The notes: generated from the sequence alone by a model not told the origin. A stretch of DNA of 64,000 bases from Patescibacteria group bacterium (GCA_019752125.1 JAIEMM010000002.1:3062-67061); one strand, 5' to 3'; numbered from the stretch's first letter, positions 9,729-19,956 are shown. Made by a program: numbers and translations.

Positions 9729-9776
9729 GTTCGCCACAGCAGAAAAGGCTCTAGTAAGCGCTTTCTGCTGTGGCGA
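9729..9776. promoter_or_regulatory. perfect 16-bp inverted repeat upstream of the GC-rich ORFan
   Basis: ttcgccacagcagaaa (16-nt spacer) tttctgctgtggcgaa, about 65 nt upstream of the start at 9663. Could be an operator or a transcription terminator. Confidence 0.3.
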
Positions 9777-10077
9777 ATTACTGATTCTTAGTCAAAGAAC
9801 TGTGTTGGAGTAGTAACACATTTAATAGTAGGTTGTCAAAGTTTTCCTTATCTTGTAATTCAAATTATTTTTTATTTTCCCGGTGGGAGAAAAAGTTCAT
9901 TTTGGGGCAAAAATGAGGGTCAAAAAGTGTTGATTTTGCAACTTCTTCTAAGAAGCTGCGTTTTAGCTGTTGCTTTTTGCAAAAAAAGTTCTCGGATTGC
10001 TTATGCACACCGGTTTTTTACAGACTGCAGGAGTATAATGTATCTCCCAGCAATTTTATTAACTCAAAAAGCACCCT

Positions 10078-12981
10078 ATGGCAGTGACCCAAAAGATCAA
10101 GAAGCGCAACGGAGAGATCGTCGATTTCCATCCAGACAAAATCACCATAGCGGTGCAAAAAGCCTTCGCGGCGACGCTCGGCGACAGCCACGAAGCTGAC
10201 TCAAAAGACATCACTCGCGTTGTCGCTGAAAGTATTGATCTTCAGTACGGCAACACTGCCTTTATTCCAAGCGTCGAGGCAATCCAAGACCTTGTAGAAA
10301 CCGCACTTATGGTCCGCAACTATTTCTCAGTTGCGAAAAACTACATTATTTATCGGTACGAACACGATAAAGCGCGCCAGGAGAAGAAAGAAGAGATCGC
10401 AGAAAAGATAAATGAAAATTCTCTTCTTATCGTAAAGCGCGATGGCCGCCAAGAGCAGTTTAATGACAGCAAACTCCGCGCAACCCTTGTGCGCGCAGCC
10501 GAAGGGTATGAATCTATTCTTGACGCAGACTTAATCGTGGCAAAAGTTCGCCAGGAAATGTATGAGGGGATGAAAACAAAAGACATCCAGGACGTACTTA
10601 TTATGGTTACTCGCTCATTGATTGAACGCGATCCTGCGTATTCAAACATCGCCGCACGTCTGTTGCTCCAAACTATGTACCGAGAAGTGCTCGGCGATAT
10701 TGATTTCACCAACTTCGAAGCAGAGTACCGCGCTTCATTTGTAAAAGCGATTACTCGCGGTGTTGAAATCGGCCAGTTTGACCCCCGCATGATGGAATTT
10801 GATCTTAAGTCTTTGGCTGACGCTCTTATCCTTGAGCGCGATAATGATTTCAAGTATCTCGGTCTTCAAACTTTGCAGTCAAACTACCTTTCTAAGGAGC
10901 ACGGTAGCCGCAAACTTCTCGAGACTCCGCAGATTTTCTGGATGCGCGTTGCAATGGGCTGTGCGTTGGCAGAAAAAACTCAGGAAGAACGCAGCGCACA
11001 GGCGGTCGAATTCTACGAGATTATGTCGTCAATGTATTACACGCCATCATCTCCTACCCTCTACCACGCAGGGCTCAAACTTGCGCAACTTTCATCATGC
11101 TTCCTTTCAACTGTTCCTGACGATCTCCATTCAATCTTTAAAGAGTATTCAAACGGTGCGCAGTTGCTTAAATATGCGGGTGGCCTTGGTGTCGACTGGA
11201 CCCCTGTCCGCGCCACAGGCTCACTCGTAAAGGCAACTGGTGTTGAAAGCCAAGGCGTCATTCCATTCCTTAAGATCGCCAATGATGTCACCATTTCTAT
11301 CAACCGCTCTGGCCGCCGCCGTGGTGCTGCTGCTGTGTATCTCGAATATTGGCACGCAGATATAGAAGACTTTATAGAGCTCCGTAAGAACACCGGTGAC
11401 GAACGCCGCCGTGCTCATGACCTCAACACCGCAACATGGATTCCAGACCTCTTTATGAAGCGCCTTGCGGAAGACGGCTACTGGTCCCTCTTCTCCCCTT
11501 CAGATGTCCCTGATCTCCACGACCTCTACGGCCGCAAATTTGACGAAGCGTATATAAAATATGAGAAATTGGGCGAAGAAGGAAAACTCGGTATGTACCG
11601 CAAGATCCGCGCCGCTGACCTCTGGAAGAAGCACCTCACCATGCTCTTTGAGTCTGGCCACCCATGGGTTACCTGGAAAGACCCTTCCAACGTCCGCTCA
11701 CCTCAAGACCACGTCGGTGTTGTTCACTCCTCAAATCTCTGCACAGAAATTACGCTCAACACATCGGCAACGGAAACCGCAGTCTGCAACCTCGGCAGCA
11801 TCAACATGGCAAAATTTGTTGAAAACGGTACATTCAACCGCGAACAAGTAGCTCGAGTCATCCCAGTTGCGATGCGCATGCTCGACAATGTGATAGACGT
11901 TAACTTCTACCCTACTGAAGAAACAAAGCGTTCTAACATGCGCCACCGCCCAGTAGGTCTTGGACTCCGCGGTTTGCAAGATGCGCTCTACAAACTCAAT
12001 ATCAACTTCGACTCAGATGAAGCTGTGCGTTTCTCTGACGAGTCGATGGAAGCAATCGCGTACCATGCAATCCTCGCCTCTGCATTGCTCGCAAAAGAGC
12101 GCGGCACCTACGAAACATACAAGGGCAGCAAGTGGGACCGCGGCATTCTCCCACAAGACACGCTCGCTTTGCTTGAGCAGGAACGTGGAGTCAAGATCGA
12201 CGTACCTCGCCACGAAACACTTAATTGGCAGCTTGTGCGAGAAGCTGTTCGTACCTGGGGTATGCGCAACTCAAATACGATGGCGAACGCGCCAACAGCA
12301 TCAACTGCAAACATTGCCGGCTGCTACCCAACCATCGAACCTATCTACAAAAACCTCTACGTGAAGAGCAACATGGCAGGCGACTTTATGGTTGTAAACG
12401 AATTCCTTGTTGAAGACTTGAAGAGCGTAGGTCTGTGGAACGCTGACATGCTCGAGAAAATCAAATTCTACGACGGATCGATCCAGGACATCATGGAAAT
12501 ACCTCAAGCAATGCGCGAGAAGTATAAAGAAGCATTTGAAATTGAATCTCAGTGGCTTATCAAAGCCGCAGCCTACCGTGGCCGCTGGATAGATCAGTCA
12601 CAATCGCTCAACATCTTCTATGGCGGAACTTCAGGACGTGTACTTTCAGACATCTACCAATACGCATGGTCACTTGGCCTTAAGACTACCTACTACCTCC
12701 GCACATTGGGCGCATCTCGTGTTGAAAAGTCGACCGTTAACCTGGCAAAGTTCGGCGGCACCTCAAAACAAGATGCTGCAGGAGCAACATCTGGCGCAGT
12801 GCCGTCGGCAATGGTCGTAGAAGAAACTGTTACTACCACTACCACAGTAGAAGTCTTGTCGCAGGCCGCTCCAGTTCTATCCCCTATATCAGCTGGCATA
12901 CCTCAATTTTCAACAGAAAAGCCTGTAGTGCGTGGCAAAGTTGAAATACTAGGCGAGGTGTGCGAAAGTTGTTCGGCGTAA
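10078..12981 (+). CDS. nrdA: ribonucleotide reductase class I alpha subunit
   Basis: N-terminal ATP-cone, conserved SNLCTEI active-site segment and C-terminal Cys pair (CESCSA). Followed by nrdB. Confidence 0.85.
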   Translation: MAVTQKIKKRNGEIVDFHPDKITIAVQKAFAATLGDSHEADSKDITRVVAESIDLQYGNTAFIPSVEAIQDLVETALMVRNYFSVAKNYIIYRYEHDKARQEKKEEIAEKINENSLLIVKRDGRQEQFNDSKLRATLVRAAEGYESILDADLIVAKVRQEMYEGMKTKDIQDVLIMVTRSLIERDPAYSNIAARLLLQTMYREVLGDIDFTNFEAEYRASFVKAITRGVEIGQFDPRMMEFDLKSLADALILERDNDFKYLGLQTLQSNYLSKEHGSRKLLETPQIFWMRVAMGCALAEKTQEERSAQAVEFYEIMSSMYYTPSSPTLYHAGLKLAQLSSCFLSTVPDDLHSIFKEYSNGAQLLKYAGGLGVDWTPVRATGSLVKATGVESQGVIPFLKIANDVTISINRSGRRRGAAAVYLEYWHADIEDFIELRKNTGDERRRAHDLNTATWIPDLFMKRLAEDGYWSLFSPSDVPDLHDLYGRKFDEAYIKYEKLGEEGKLGMYRKIRAADLWKKHLTMLFESGHPWVTWKDPSNVRSPQDHVGVVHSSNLCTEITLNTSATETAVCNLGSINMAKFVENGTFNREQVARVIPVAMRMLDNVIDVNFYPTEETKRSNMRHRPVGLGLRGLQDALYKLNINFDSDEAVRFSDESMEAIAYHAILASALLAKERGTYETYKGSKWDRGILPQDTLALLEQERGVKIDVPRHETLNWQLVREAVRTWGMRNSNTMANAPTASTANIAGCYPTIEPIYKNLYVKSNMAGDFMVVNEFLVEDLKSVGLWNADMLEKIKFYDGSIQDIMEIPQAMREKYKEAFEIESQWLIKAAAYRGRWIDQSQSLNIFYGGTSGRVLSDIYQYAWSLGLKTTYYLRTLGASRVEKSTVNLAKFGGTSKQDAAGATSGAVPSAMVVEETVTTTTTVEVLSQAAPVLSPISAGIPQFSTEKPVVRGKVEILGEVCESCSA

Positions 12982-13031
12982 GCGAGGCTCACGATGCCCA
13001 GAAACAATTAAAAAGTTAATTGTAATGGAGT

Positions 13032-13325
13032 ATGGAAAACAAAGAACCTTCAAATCAGACCTTGCTCGAAAGTATTAATGAGCGCTTTAATATGGTTTTT
13101 CAGCGCCTGGAAAAGCAAGACGGTAAATTTGCTTTAATTTCTCACCAGCTTGGATCTTTACTACAAGGACAAGCGGCATTGGGAGAGCGAGTTGGAGCAA
13201 TAGATACCACACTCGAAGAAATCCAAGTAACACTAGGCGCTTTTGGAAAAGCTATCGATGCAGACGCACTGACATTAGTAGGACATCAAGAAAGAATTAC
13301 AAGATTAGAAGAAAAAACAGCATAA
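13032..13325 (+). CDS. small coiled-coil protein between nrdA and nrdB
   Basis: 97 aa with heptad-like Q/L/E-rich composition. No homology recognised. Confidence 0.3.
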   Translation: MENKEPSNQTLLESINERFNMVFQRLEKQDGKFALISHQLGSLLQGQAALGERVGAIDTTLEEIQVTLGAFGKAIDADALTLVGHQERITRLEEKTA

Positions 13326-13329
13326 TTGT

Positions 13330-14322
13330 ATGGGAATCATAAACGGCGGCAGCAACACAGATCCAAATAAAATACTTCCAATGAAGTATCAGTGGGCTCG
13401 TGTCCACTATAAAAAAGGCGTTGCAAACAACTGGGTACCTGAAGAGGTATCGATGCAGCAAGACGTCGAGCTTTGGAAAAAACCAGGTGCACTTTCTGAA
13501 GACGAGCGCCGCATGATTCTTTGGAACCTTGGCTTCTTTTCTACTGCAGAGTCTCTCACTGCAAACAACCTTGTACTCGCTATCTACCGCCATATCACCA
13601 ACCCTGAAGCGCGTCAGTACATCCTCCGCCAGGCATACGAAGAGGCAGTACACACGGACACATTCATTTACTGCTGCGACACGCTCGGCCTCAACCCAGA
13701 CGAGATATACAACATGTATGAGACCATTCCTGGTATCAAAGCAAAAGACGACTTCGTCGTAGAGATGACAAAGTCTGTATTTGACCCAAGCTTCACTACT
13801 GAAGGCAAAGAAAATATCCAGCGCTTCGTACACGACCTTGTTGGCTACTACGTCATCATGGAAGGTATCTTCTTCTACGCAGGTTTTGTCATGATGCTCT
13901 CAATGCTCCGCAAGAACCGCATGGTTGGTATTGGCGAGCAGTTCCAATTTATCCTTCGAGATGAATCGGTCCACCTTGCCTTCGGCGCTGACCTCATCAA
14001 CACCATCGTGCAGGAAAACCCAGACATCTGGACACCTGAATTTAAACAGAAACTTACTGACAACATCAAACGCGGTGTAGAGCTCGAAAAGAACTACGTC
14101 GACGAGTCTCTCCCTCGCGGCATCGTAGGCCTTGTACCTGCAACTGTTAAACAGTATGTCGAACACATCGCCGACCGCCGTCTTGAACGCATTGGTCTTG
14201 AACGCCAATACCACAAAGAAAATCCATTCCCATGGATGTCGGAAATCATAGACGTCGCTAAAGAGAAAAACTTCTTCGAAACTCGCGTCACAGAATACAA
14301 AACCGGCGAACTCGATTGGTAG
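13330..14322 (+). CDS. nrdB: ribonucleotide reductase class I beta subunit
   Basis: Di-iron ligand motifs EEAVHTDTF and RDESVHLAFG. Confidence 0.85.
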   Translation: MGIINGGSNTDPNKILPMKYQWARVHYKKGVANNWVPEEVSMQQDVELWKKPGALSEDERRMILWNLGFFSTAESLTANNLVLAIYRHITNPEARQYILRQAYEEAVHTDTFIYCCDTLGLNPDEIYNMYETIPGIKAKDDFVVEMTKSVFDPSFTTEGKENIQRFVHDLVGYYVIMEGIFFYAGFVMMLSMLRKNRMVGIGEQFQFILRDESVHLAFGADLINTIVQENPDIWTPEFKQKLTDNIKRGVELEKNYVDESLPRGIVGLVPATVKQYVEHIADRRLERIGLERQYHKENPFPWMSEIIDVAKEKNFFETRVTEYKTGELDW

Positions 14323-14344
14323 TTCAGAAAAACTTTATTCAAAT

Positions 14345-14539
14345 TTGAGTTCCTCCGAGAACCTTAGTGCGTATACTAAAATCTCTATGGAACAAAGAAT
14401 TATAAAAATTGAAACTCAACTTATACGTCACGAGTCGTTGCTTGAAAGCATAGCAGCAGCTGCACTCCGACTTGAAAAAGGTCAGGAGAGAATCGAAGGG
14501 ATGGTCCAGGGTTTGTATTTCAGAGACTTCCAGAGTTAG
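14345..14539 (+). CDS. small coiled-coil protein
   Basis: 64 aa with composition similar to the 13032 ORF. Speculative. Confidence 0.25.
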   Translation: MSSSENLSAYTKISMEQRIIKIETQLIRHESLLESIAAAALRLEKGQERIEGMVQGLYFRDFQS

Positions 14540-14545
14540 GATTTT

Positions 14546-15370
14546 CTATTTGAGGCTCTTTGAAGACTCGTATTCCCCTACTTTGGTGCGGAGGATGTGG
14601 AGTGCGAGAGCTGGAACGCCGAGGTCTTGACCCAAGCCATGGGCTATAGAACGCGCGTAGGTGCCCGAGGAGCAAGATATCTTGATAGTGGCGCAGGGGA
14701 ACTCACGCTCCTCTTTGTCGCTCTTATTGGGTAGAGCGCGCCTCCAGCCTTCCATTATTTCGTCTTGTCTAAAATCACCGTGCACTTTCTCTACAGATGT
14801 TTCTATGTAGGAAAGAAGCGCTGATTCTTTAATTTTATACAAACCCTCGAGTGAGATGTCGTATACGGTCACCGTTTTCTTTGGCAACACAAGCGCGCCT
14901 ATCGCGCCCTCTCGCGCCCACTGAAAAAGAGATTTGCCTTCCACAGTTTTGGACGAATATGGCGGATATTCCTGAGCAACATGTCCACGAAATTCGTTCA
15001 AACCTTTTTCTATAGCTTTTTTTGTAACCCCATCAGTGTCGCCGCTATTCATGATGCGACCAAGCGCATCATAGGTGTCTGTAGAAAATCCAAAGAGCAC
15101 ATCGAGCACGTACTCCTTACTCATATCTAAATATGCTTCACGCATTTTATTTGCAGAACCAACAAGTGTGAGCATAACGCCCTCGGCCATTGGGTCCAGC
15201 CTTCCTGCATAAGAAAGCACCTCTCGCTCATATTCAGGCCGCTGGGTACGTAGACGCTCTAACCTCTCAGCCGGCGTCTCCCCCATTTGTTTATAGAGAT
15301 TAAGCACTTTTCCGCCCACTGTTCGCGGTCGTACATCGGTGTCTTTCTTACGGTCGTCGTCTCGGGGCAT
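14546..15370 (-). CDS. truB: tRNA pseudouridine(55) synthase
   Basis: Catalytic motif SYAGRLDPMAEGVMLTLVG (GRLD aspartate). Start taken at MPRDDD to avoid overlap with hisS. Confidence 0.7.
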   Translation of the reverse strand: MPRDDDRKKDTDVRPRTVGGKVLNLYKQMGETPAERLERLRTQRPEYEREVLSYAGRLDPMAEGVMLTLVGSANKMREAYLDMSKEYVLDVLFGFSTDTYDALGRIMNSGDTDGVTKKAIEKGLNEFRGHVAQEYPPYSSKTVEGKSLFQWAREGAIGALVLPKKTVTVYDISLEGLYKIKESALLSYIETSVEKVHGDFRQDEIMEGWRRALPNKSDKEEREFPCATIKISCSSGTYARSIAHGLGQDLGVPALALHILRTKVGEYESSKSLK

Positions 15371-15416
15371 TTCTGTTACAATACAAGATATAAGCCGCAG
15401 GAGCAAAAAAGACTTC

Positions 15417-16658
15417 ATGAAGGACAAACTCTCTACCGAAAGCTACAAAGGTGTTCGCGATTTTTACCCAGAAGATCAGCAATTTTTAAATTATTTGCTT
15501 AGCACTTACCGCACTGTAGCAAAGAAATTTGGCTATGCAGAGTATCACGCATCTATACTTGAACCTGCGGAACTCTACAAAGCAAAGGGTGCAGACAATG
15601 AAGAGCTCATCAACGAGCAGACATATACATTTACTGACCGCGGCGGCCGCGAGGTCACACTACGCCCTGAGATGACTCCCACTGTCGCTCGCATGGTTGC
15701 TGCACGCCGACGTGACTTTGGCTTCCCACTACGTCTATTCTCGATCCCTAACGTTTTCCGCTACGAACGTCCACAGAGAGGCCGCTTGCGCGAACACTGG
15801 CAGCTTAACGTAGACATTTTTGGATCTGAATCGTTTGCTGCAGATGCTGAGATTATTCAAGTCTCATACGAAGTAATGAAAGCCTTTGGCGCTGAGGAAA
15901 CCGACTTTGTCATTAAAATTGGCAGCCGCGCCTTTATCAACGCACTCGCGCTTGAGATGAATTTAAGCGAAGAAGATGCAGCGAAACTCGTTGGGTTGCT
16001 CGACCGTAAAAACAAAATCGAGGCCTCAGAGTTTGATTCGGGTCTTGCAGAACTTGGCGTTCCTAAAGAAAAATTAGATCCTTCCAACGTACCTCAGGAC
16101 GTGCAAACTGTGTTGGATTTTCTTAGCTCGGTAGGTGTTGGGAACGCTGTCTTTGATCCATCTATCGTACGTGGCTTTGCATACTATACAGGCGTAGTTT
16201 TTGAAGTCTATGACACTCACAAAGACAACAACCGCGCACTCTTTGGTGGCGGTCGTTATGACAACCTCACCGGAATGTTTGATAATGAATCTGTAACAGG
16301 TGTTGGTTTTGGTATGGGCGATGTCACCATGCACGACTTTCTTGCAGTACGAAACATGCTCCCTACGTACCAAGCCCCAACACACGTATACCTCGCTGTA
16401 GCGGCAGAAACTGAAGTGGCCCACGCACTCTCTATCGCACAGGAGCTCCGTGCAGAAGGCGTAAACGTCGCTGTCGACTTCTCCGATAAAAAACTTGCGG
16501 ATCAGATCAAAAACGCTGCAAAAAATAAAGTTCCCCACCTCATTGTTATTGGCCAAGATGAAATAGCGTCTGGCAACTTCATGGTGCGTGACCTAGTAAA
16601 CGGACAAGAGACCCCTATGTCTCGCGCAGAACTTGCGTCATTCTTTCTCAACGACTAA
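15417..16658 (+). CDS. hisS: histidyl-tRNA synthetase
   Basis: Class II aaRS motifs (RPEMTP, FRYERPQRGRLREHWQ) and C-terminal anticodon-binding domain. SD aggag lies upstream of ATG 15417. Confidence 0.85.
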   Translation: MKDKLSTESYKGVRDFYPEDQQFLNYLLSTYRTVAKKFGYAEYHASILEPAELYKAKGADNEELINEQTYTFTDRGGREVTLRPEMTPTVARMVAARRRDFGFPLRLFSIPNVFRYERPQRGRLREHWQLNVDIFGSESFAADAEIIQVSYEVMKAFGAEETDFVIKIGSRAFINALALEMNLSEEDAAKLVGLLDRKNKIEASEFDSGLAELGVPKEKLDPSNVPQDVQTVLDFLSSVGVGNAVFDPSIVRGFAYYTGVVFEVYDTHKDNNRALFGGGRYDNLTGMFDNESVTGVGFGMGDVTMHDFLAVRNMLPTYQAPTHVYLAVAAETEVAHALSIAQELRAEGVNVAVDFSDKKLADQIKNAAKNKVPHLIVIGQDEIASGNFMVRDLVNGQETPMSRAELASFFLND

Positions 16659-16667
16659 CCTTGGGGT

Positions 16668-17240
16668 ATGAAAGTTGTCACGTTCGACATAGAAACAATT
16701 GGTGATTTCCGCGGCAATGGAGATTTTTCAAATCTTGAGATAACGGTTGTAGGAGTTCACGATTCAGAAACCAAGAAATATTCCAGCTTTCTTAGAGACG
16801 AGCTTTCTAATCTATGGCCGCTTCTGGAGCGCACAGACGTGCTTGTAGGCTACAATTCTGACCACTTCGATATTCCAATTCTTAACAAATATTACGTTGG
16901 CGACCTTACAAAAATCAAAAGCGTCGACCTGCTCAAAGAAATTCGAGGCGTACTAGGCCGCCGCTTAAAACTCGACAGCGTGGCAGAAGCTACGCTTGGT
17001 AAAGGTAAAATCAGCGACGGTCTTGCGGCCATGGATTGGTGGAAGAATGGCGAGTTTGAAAAAGTTCGTGAGTACTGCCTCGACGATGTTCGTATCACAC
17101 GCGAAATATACGACTATGCAAAGAAGCATAAGTCGCTCAAATACAAAGACTTTGATGGCCCTCGTGAAATCAAACTCGACCCTTCGGGCTGGGAAAAAAT
17201 CACCGAAACTGCAGCCATAAACCACACACTCCCTTTTTAA
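16668..17240 (+). CDS. DEDD-family 3'-5' exonuclease (RNase H-like fold)
   Basis: Exo I FDIET, Exo II YNSDHFDIPIL and Exo III YCLDDVRITREIY motifs. Confidence 0.55.
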   Translation: MKVVTFDIETIGDFRGNGDFSNLEITVVGVHDSETKKYSSFLRDELSNLWPLLERTDVLVGYNSDHFDIPILNKYYVGDLTKIKSVDLLKEIRGVLGRRLKLDSVAEATLGKGKISDGLAAMDWWKNGEFEKVREYCLDDVRITREIYDYAKKHKSLKYKDFDGPREIKLDPSGWEKITETAAINHTLPF

Positions 17241-17282
17241 AGGCGCCATGTTAGAATAGACACATAACCCTTATATAGCCAT

Positions 17283-17990
17283 ATGAAATCCCAATACGTA
17301 CTTCCAATTACCATTGTTGTTGCAGGAGTGCTTATCGCAGGCGCGATTTTTTTAGTAGGAAAAATGGCCGCACCAACAGGCACCGGGACAACGGGTAAGG
17401 TTACTGCTCGCCAGTATGACCCAGCGGTTGATTACATCGTAGGCAACCCAAACGCACAGGTAAAAGTAGTTGAATACGCAGACTTGGAATGCCCATACTG
17501 CAAGACATTCCAGACAACTATGCACCAGATCATGGACTACTACGGAGCATCCGGAAAAGTCGCATGGGTATACCGTCCGTTCCCCCTCGCACAGCTCCAC
17601 TCAAAGGCTCCTAAAGAGGCTGAGGCTGCAGAATGTGCTGGTGCCCAAGGCGGCGCTACGGCCTTCTATAAGTACATAGACGGCGTCTACGCGGTTACAC
17701 CAGGAGGGAACAATCTCGACTTGGCACAGCTGCCAGTTATCGCAGGCCAGATCGGTCTTAATGTTGAAACATTCAACCAGTGTCTCGCAAGTGGCAAGTT
17801 TACTCAGAAAATCCAGAGCAGCTACAATGAAGCTATCAAGCAAGGTGGCCAGGGCACACCGTTTATCTTGATCATGGTTGGCGACGAAGCAGTGACCCTC
17901 CAGGGCGCACAGCCGTACGACTCAATGCGCGCAGCAATTGACGCAGTCCTCGGTGGTACTCCAGGAACAGCGTCTACAACAGCTCAGTAG
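17283..17990 (+). CDS. DsbA-family thiol:disulfide oxidoreductase
   Basis: N-terminal TM anchor and thioredoxin-fold CxxC active site (ECPYCKTF). Confidence 0.65.
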   Translation: MKSQYVLPITIVVAGVLIAGAIFLVGKMAAPTGTGTTGKVTARQYDPAVDYIVGNPNAQVKVVEYADLECPYCKTFQTTMHQIMDYYGASGKVAWVYRPFPLAQLHSKAPKEAEAAECAGAQGGATAFYKYIDGVYAVTPGGNNLDLAQLPVIAGQIGLNVETFNQCLASGKFTQKIQSSYNEAIKQGGQGTPFILIMVGDEAVTLQGAQPYDSMRAAIDAVLGGTPGTASTTAQ

Positions 17991-18013
17991 TCAGTAGAAA
18001 AATAAAAAGAGAA

Positions 18014-18048
18014 ACCCGCCGGAGTCCGAAGACTGCGGCGGGTTTTTT
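18014..18048 (+). terminator. rho-independent terminator after the dsbA-like gene
   Basis: cccgccg-(14 nt)-cggcggg followed by a T6 run. Confidence 0.65.
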
Positions 18049-18074
18049 GATCCTTGCGGATCAGATGTGTTGGC

Positions 18075-18341
18075 TCAATCCAACCAGTGGTGCTTCTTCC
18101 ACAACAGCCAGCAGATGCCGAGGCCGGCGACGATGAAGAGTTGACCCACCATCAGTGCCTTGATGGAGTGTCGCGCACTCCATTCGACCCCTGGTTCGGT
18201 GAAGTAGCGCGTGATGAAGCCGGAATTTTCCAGCGCTGATTGGACGGCAACACCGCCAAGGACAATCAGTATCGCAGCGATGGCCGCAAAGGTGAGAAGA
18301 CCCATCACCTTCCAATCTTTCTTCGACAATCCTAAAACCAT
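18075..18341 (-). CDS. small two-TM membrane protein
   Basis: 88 aa from ATG 18341, preceded by SD gaggga; two hydrophobic helices. GC slightly above background. Confidence 0.35.
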   Translation of the reverse strand: MVLGLSKKDWKVMGLLTFAAIAAILIVLGGVAVQSALENSGFITRYFTEPGVEWSARHSIKALMVGQLFIVAGLGICWLLWKKHHWLD

Positions 18342-18418
18342 TTGAATCTCCCTCAAAGGACGTTTATCTCGCCTCGCATTATACCTCTAAATCGCCACTC
18401 TTGTCAAGAGTGGCCGGA

Positions 18419-19321
18419 TCACTCATCCGGCTTAAAATGCGCATCGTAGTCCTCTGGAGTTAGGTTGATGCGATATATATCAAACGAGTTCTCCCCTTCA
18501 AACATGTCGGAGGGGTTTGGTAAAAACGTTCCCATTCCAGATAGGATAACGAGCGTTGCAGTAGCGTCGCGGATAAGGCGGTTGAAGATAATGAATTCCT
18601 GCTTAAACGTGCGGAAATCTATAATGTACTTACGCAGTTGCGGTTTGCCGTCGGCGTTGCGAGACTTTTTACATTCAATAACAATAAACCGTCGCACTGG
18701 CTTATTGAAATTTTTCTTAACAGTGTAGTAGTTAAAAATCGCCTGCATTATAAAAAGTGTTTTCTGTGCGCCGTGGCTGCTAAACGTGTCGACAAATTTG
18801 TGGTCGATAATATCCACGCCCTTAGGGTCTACTGCAGACTGCACGACTAAGTCGGACACCGCTTTTATAGGTAGCGGTAGTCCTTCTACCTGCGCCATGC
18901 CAACATACTCCACTCCAAGCACTTTTTTATATTTGGGCGGCTTCTCCAAATAAAACCCGACAGCCTGGAGATATTCTCTCTCCATACTCTGCCGTTTTGC
19001 TTGTCGCGCGGACTTTGTCTTTGCGCGACCGAAGTTAATTTCAAAATCTGCGACGTTGCGTAAATTTTCCATGCCAAGAGCGGTTGCCCCCTCTTTATCG
19101 ATACCGCCGTAGTAATGTTGCATGGCTATATGAGCAGCGCGTCCCACTACAGACGAGGGGTTCGATGGCGCGTCATAGATTAACTCCACGTAGCGCTTAT
19201 ACCACGCGAGAGGATTCCTCAAATACGCCATCAAGGATGAATGGCTCCAGTGTTTGATTGGCAGTTCTGGCTGTTTTTGCTTCCGTTTCTTACCCTTTCC
19301 GGCCATGCCTTCAGTATACAA
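18419..19321 (-). CDS. PD-(D/E)XK nuclease, RecB-like/Cas4-like fold without the Cys cluster
   Basis: N-terminal HWSHSSLMAYLRNPLAWYKRY (RecB-family SxS helix), D in GVDIIDHKF and E-x-K in IVIECKK. Basic K-rich N-terminus. Confidence 0.5.
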   Translation of the reverse strand: MYTEGMAGKGKKRKQKQPELPIKHWSHSSLMAYLRNPLAWYKRYVELIYDAPSNPSSVVGRAAHIAMQHYYGGIDKEGATALGMENLRNVADFEINFGRAKTKSARQAKRQSMEREYLQAVGFYLEKPPKYKKVLGVEYVGMAQVEGLPLPIKAVSDLVVQSAVDPKGVDIIDHKFVDTFSSHGAQKTLFIMQAIFNYYTVKKNFNKPVRRFIVIECKKSRNADGKPQLRKYIIDFRTFKQEFIIFNRLIRDATATLVILSGMGTFLPNPSDMFEGENSFDIYRINLTPEDYDAHFKPDE

Positions 19322-19404
19322 AAATATAATGCGGGAGGTTTAGCCTCCCATATCAGAAAAGAAAAAGCCTCTCTGAGGGTGAGTCAGAGAGGGGTTTTAG
19401 GGAA

Positions 19405-19848
19405 TCAGAGAAACGGATGAGGCAGATCGAGCTCCGCGTACAGCAACTCCATGAACTCGCCGACCATCTTCGCCTCGTGCCACGGAAGCGCGCAAGGAGA
19501 GAATTTTTTGCCATGGCGCGCAAACCCATCCACCCACCCTTGGGTAAGACGGAGATCCATTCCCGTCTTCTCCTCGCAGATGATGAGCACTACCTCGGTC
19601 AACTCTCCATGCTGCCAGTCCGAAGCGTAGTAGATCTGCACGACCTCGTTGTTCAGAGAAGCACGGAAGGAGCCGGTCGAGGTTAAGGATTTGATTACCT
19701 CGAAATTCTTCCCCTCACCGAAGAGCCTGGGGAGCTCTTTGAAGTCGAGTGTCGGTTGCTCCAAGTAAGCCCCTAACGGCTTTTCGAGCCAAGAGAAAAG
19801 CGACGAGAACCACGCCCGGGTACCAATCTGTAGAGACTGTAGCGACAT
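19405..19848 (-). CDS. hypothetical protein (GC-rich ORFan)
   Basis: 148 aa starting MSLQSLQ, with SD gaagggagg 5 nt upstream. Elevated GC. Confidence 0.35.
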   Translation of the reverse strand: MSLQSLQIGTRAWFSSLFSWLEKPLGAYLEQPTLDFKELPRLFGEGKNFEVIKSLTSTGSFRASLNNEVVQIYYASDWQHGELTEVVLIICEEKTGMDLRLTQGWVDGFARHGKKFSPCALPWHEAKMVGEFMELLYAELDLPHPFL

Positions 19849-19956
19849 GGTCGCCTCCCTTCTACGCTGGTTAACGCATTGAACACCTACCAAAATCCTA
19901 CAACGAGAAGTTTTGTATGTCTAGGCTTCATAATTTAAAAGAAAAAAACTCCCCTG

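Noticed and set aside
9052-9754. Plus-strand ORFs (220 aa and 183 aa) overlapping the GC-rich 200-aa minus-strand gene
   Set aside because: Their composition (Ala/Arg/Pro/Gly-rich, no SD) is that of the antisense frames of a high-GC coding sequence. The minus-strand ORF has an SD and a plausible globular composition.
9801-9820. Palindrome tgtgttggagtagtaacaca upstream of nrdA as an NrdR box
   Set aside because: NrdR boxes are 16-bp ACAC...GTGT-type palindromes, usually paired and close to the promoter. This one is TGTG...CACA oriented, single and about 260 nt upstream. Kept only as a weak note.
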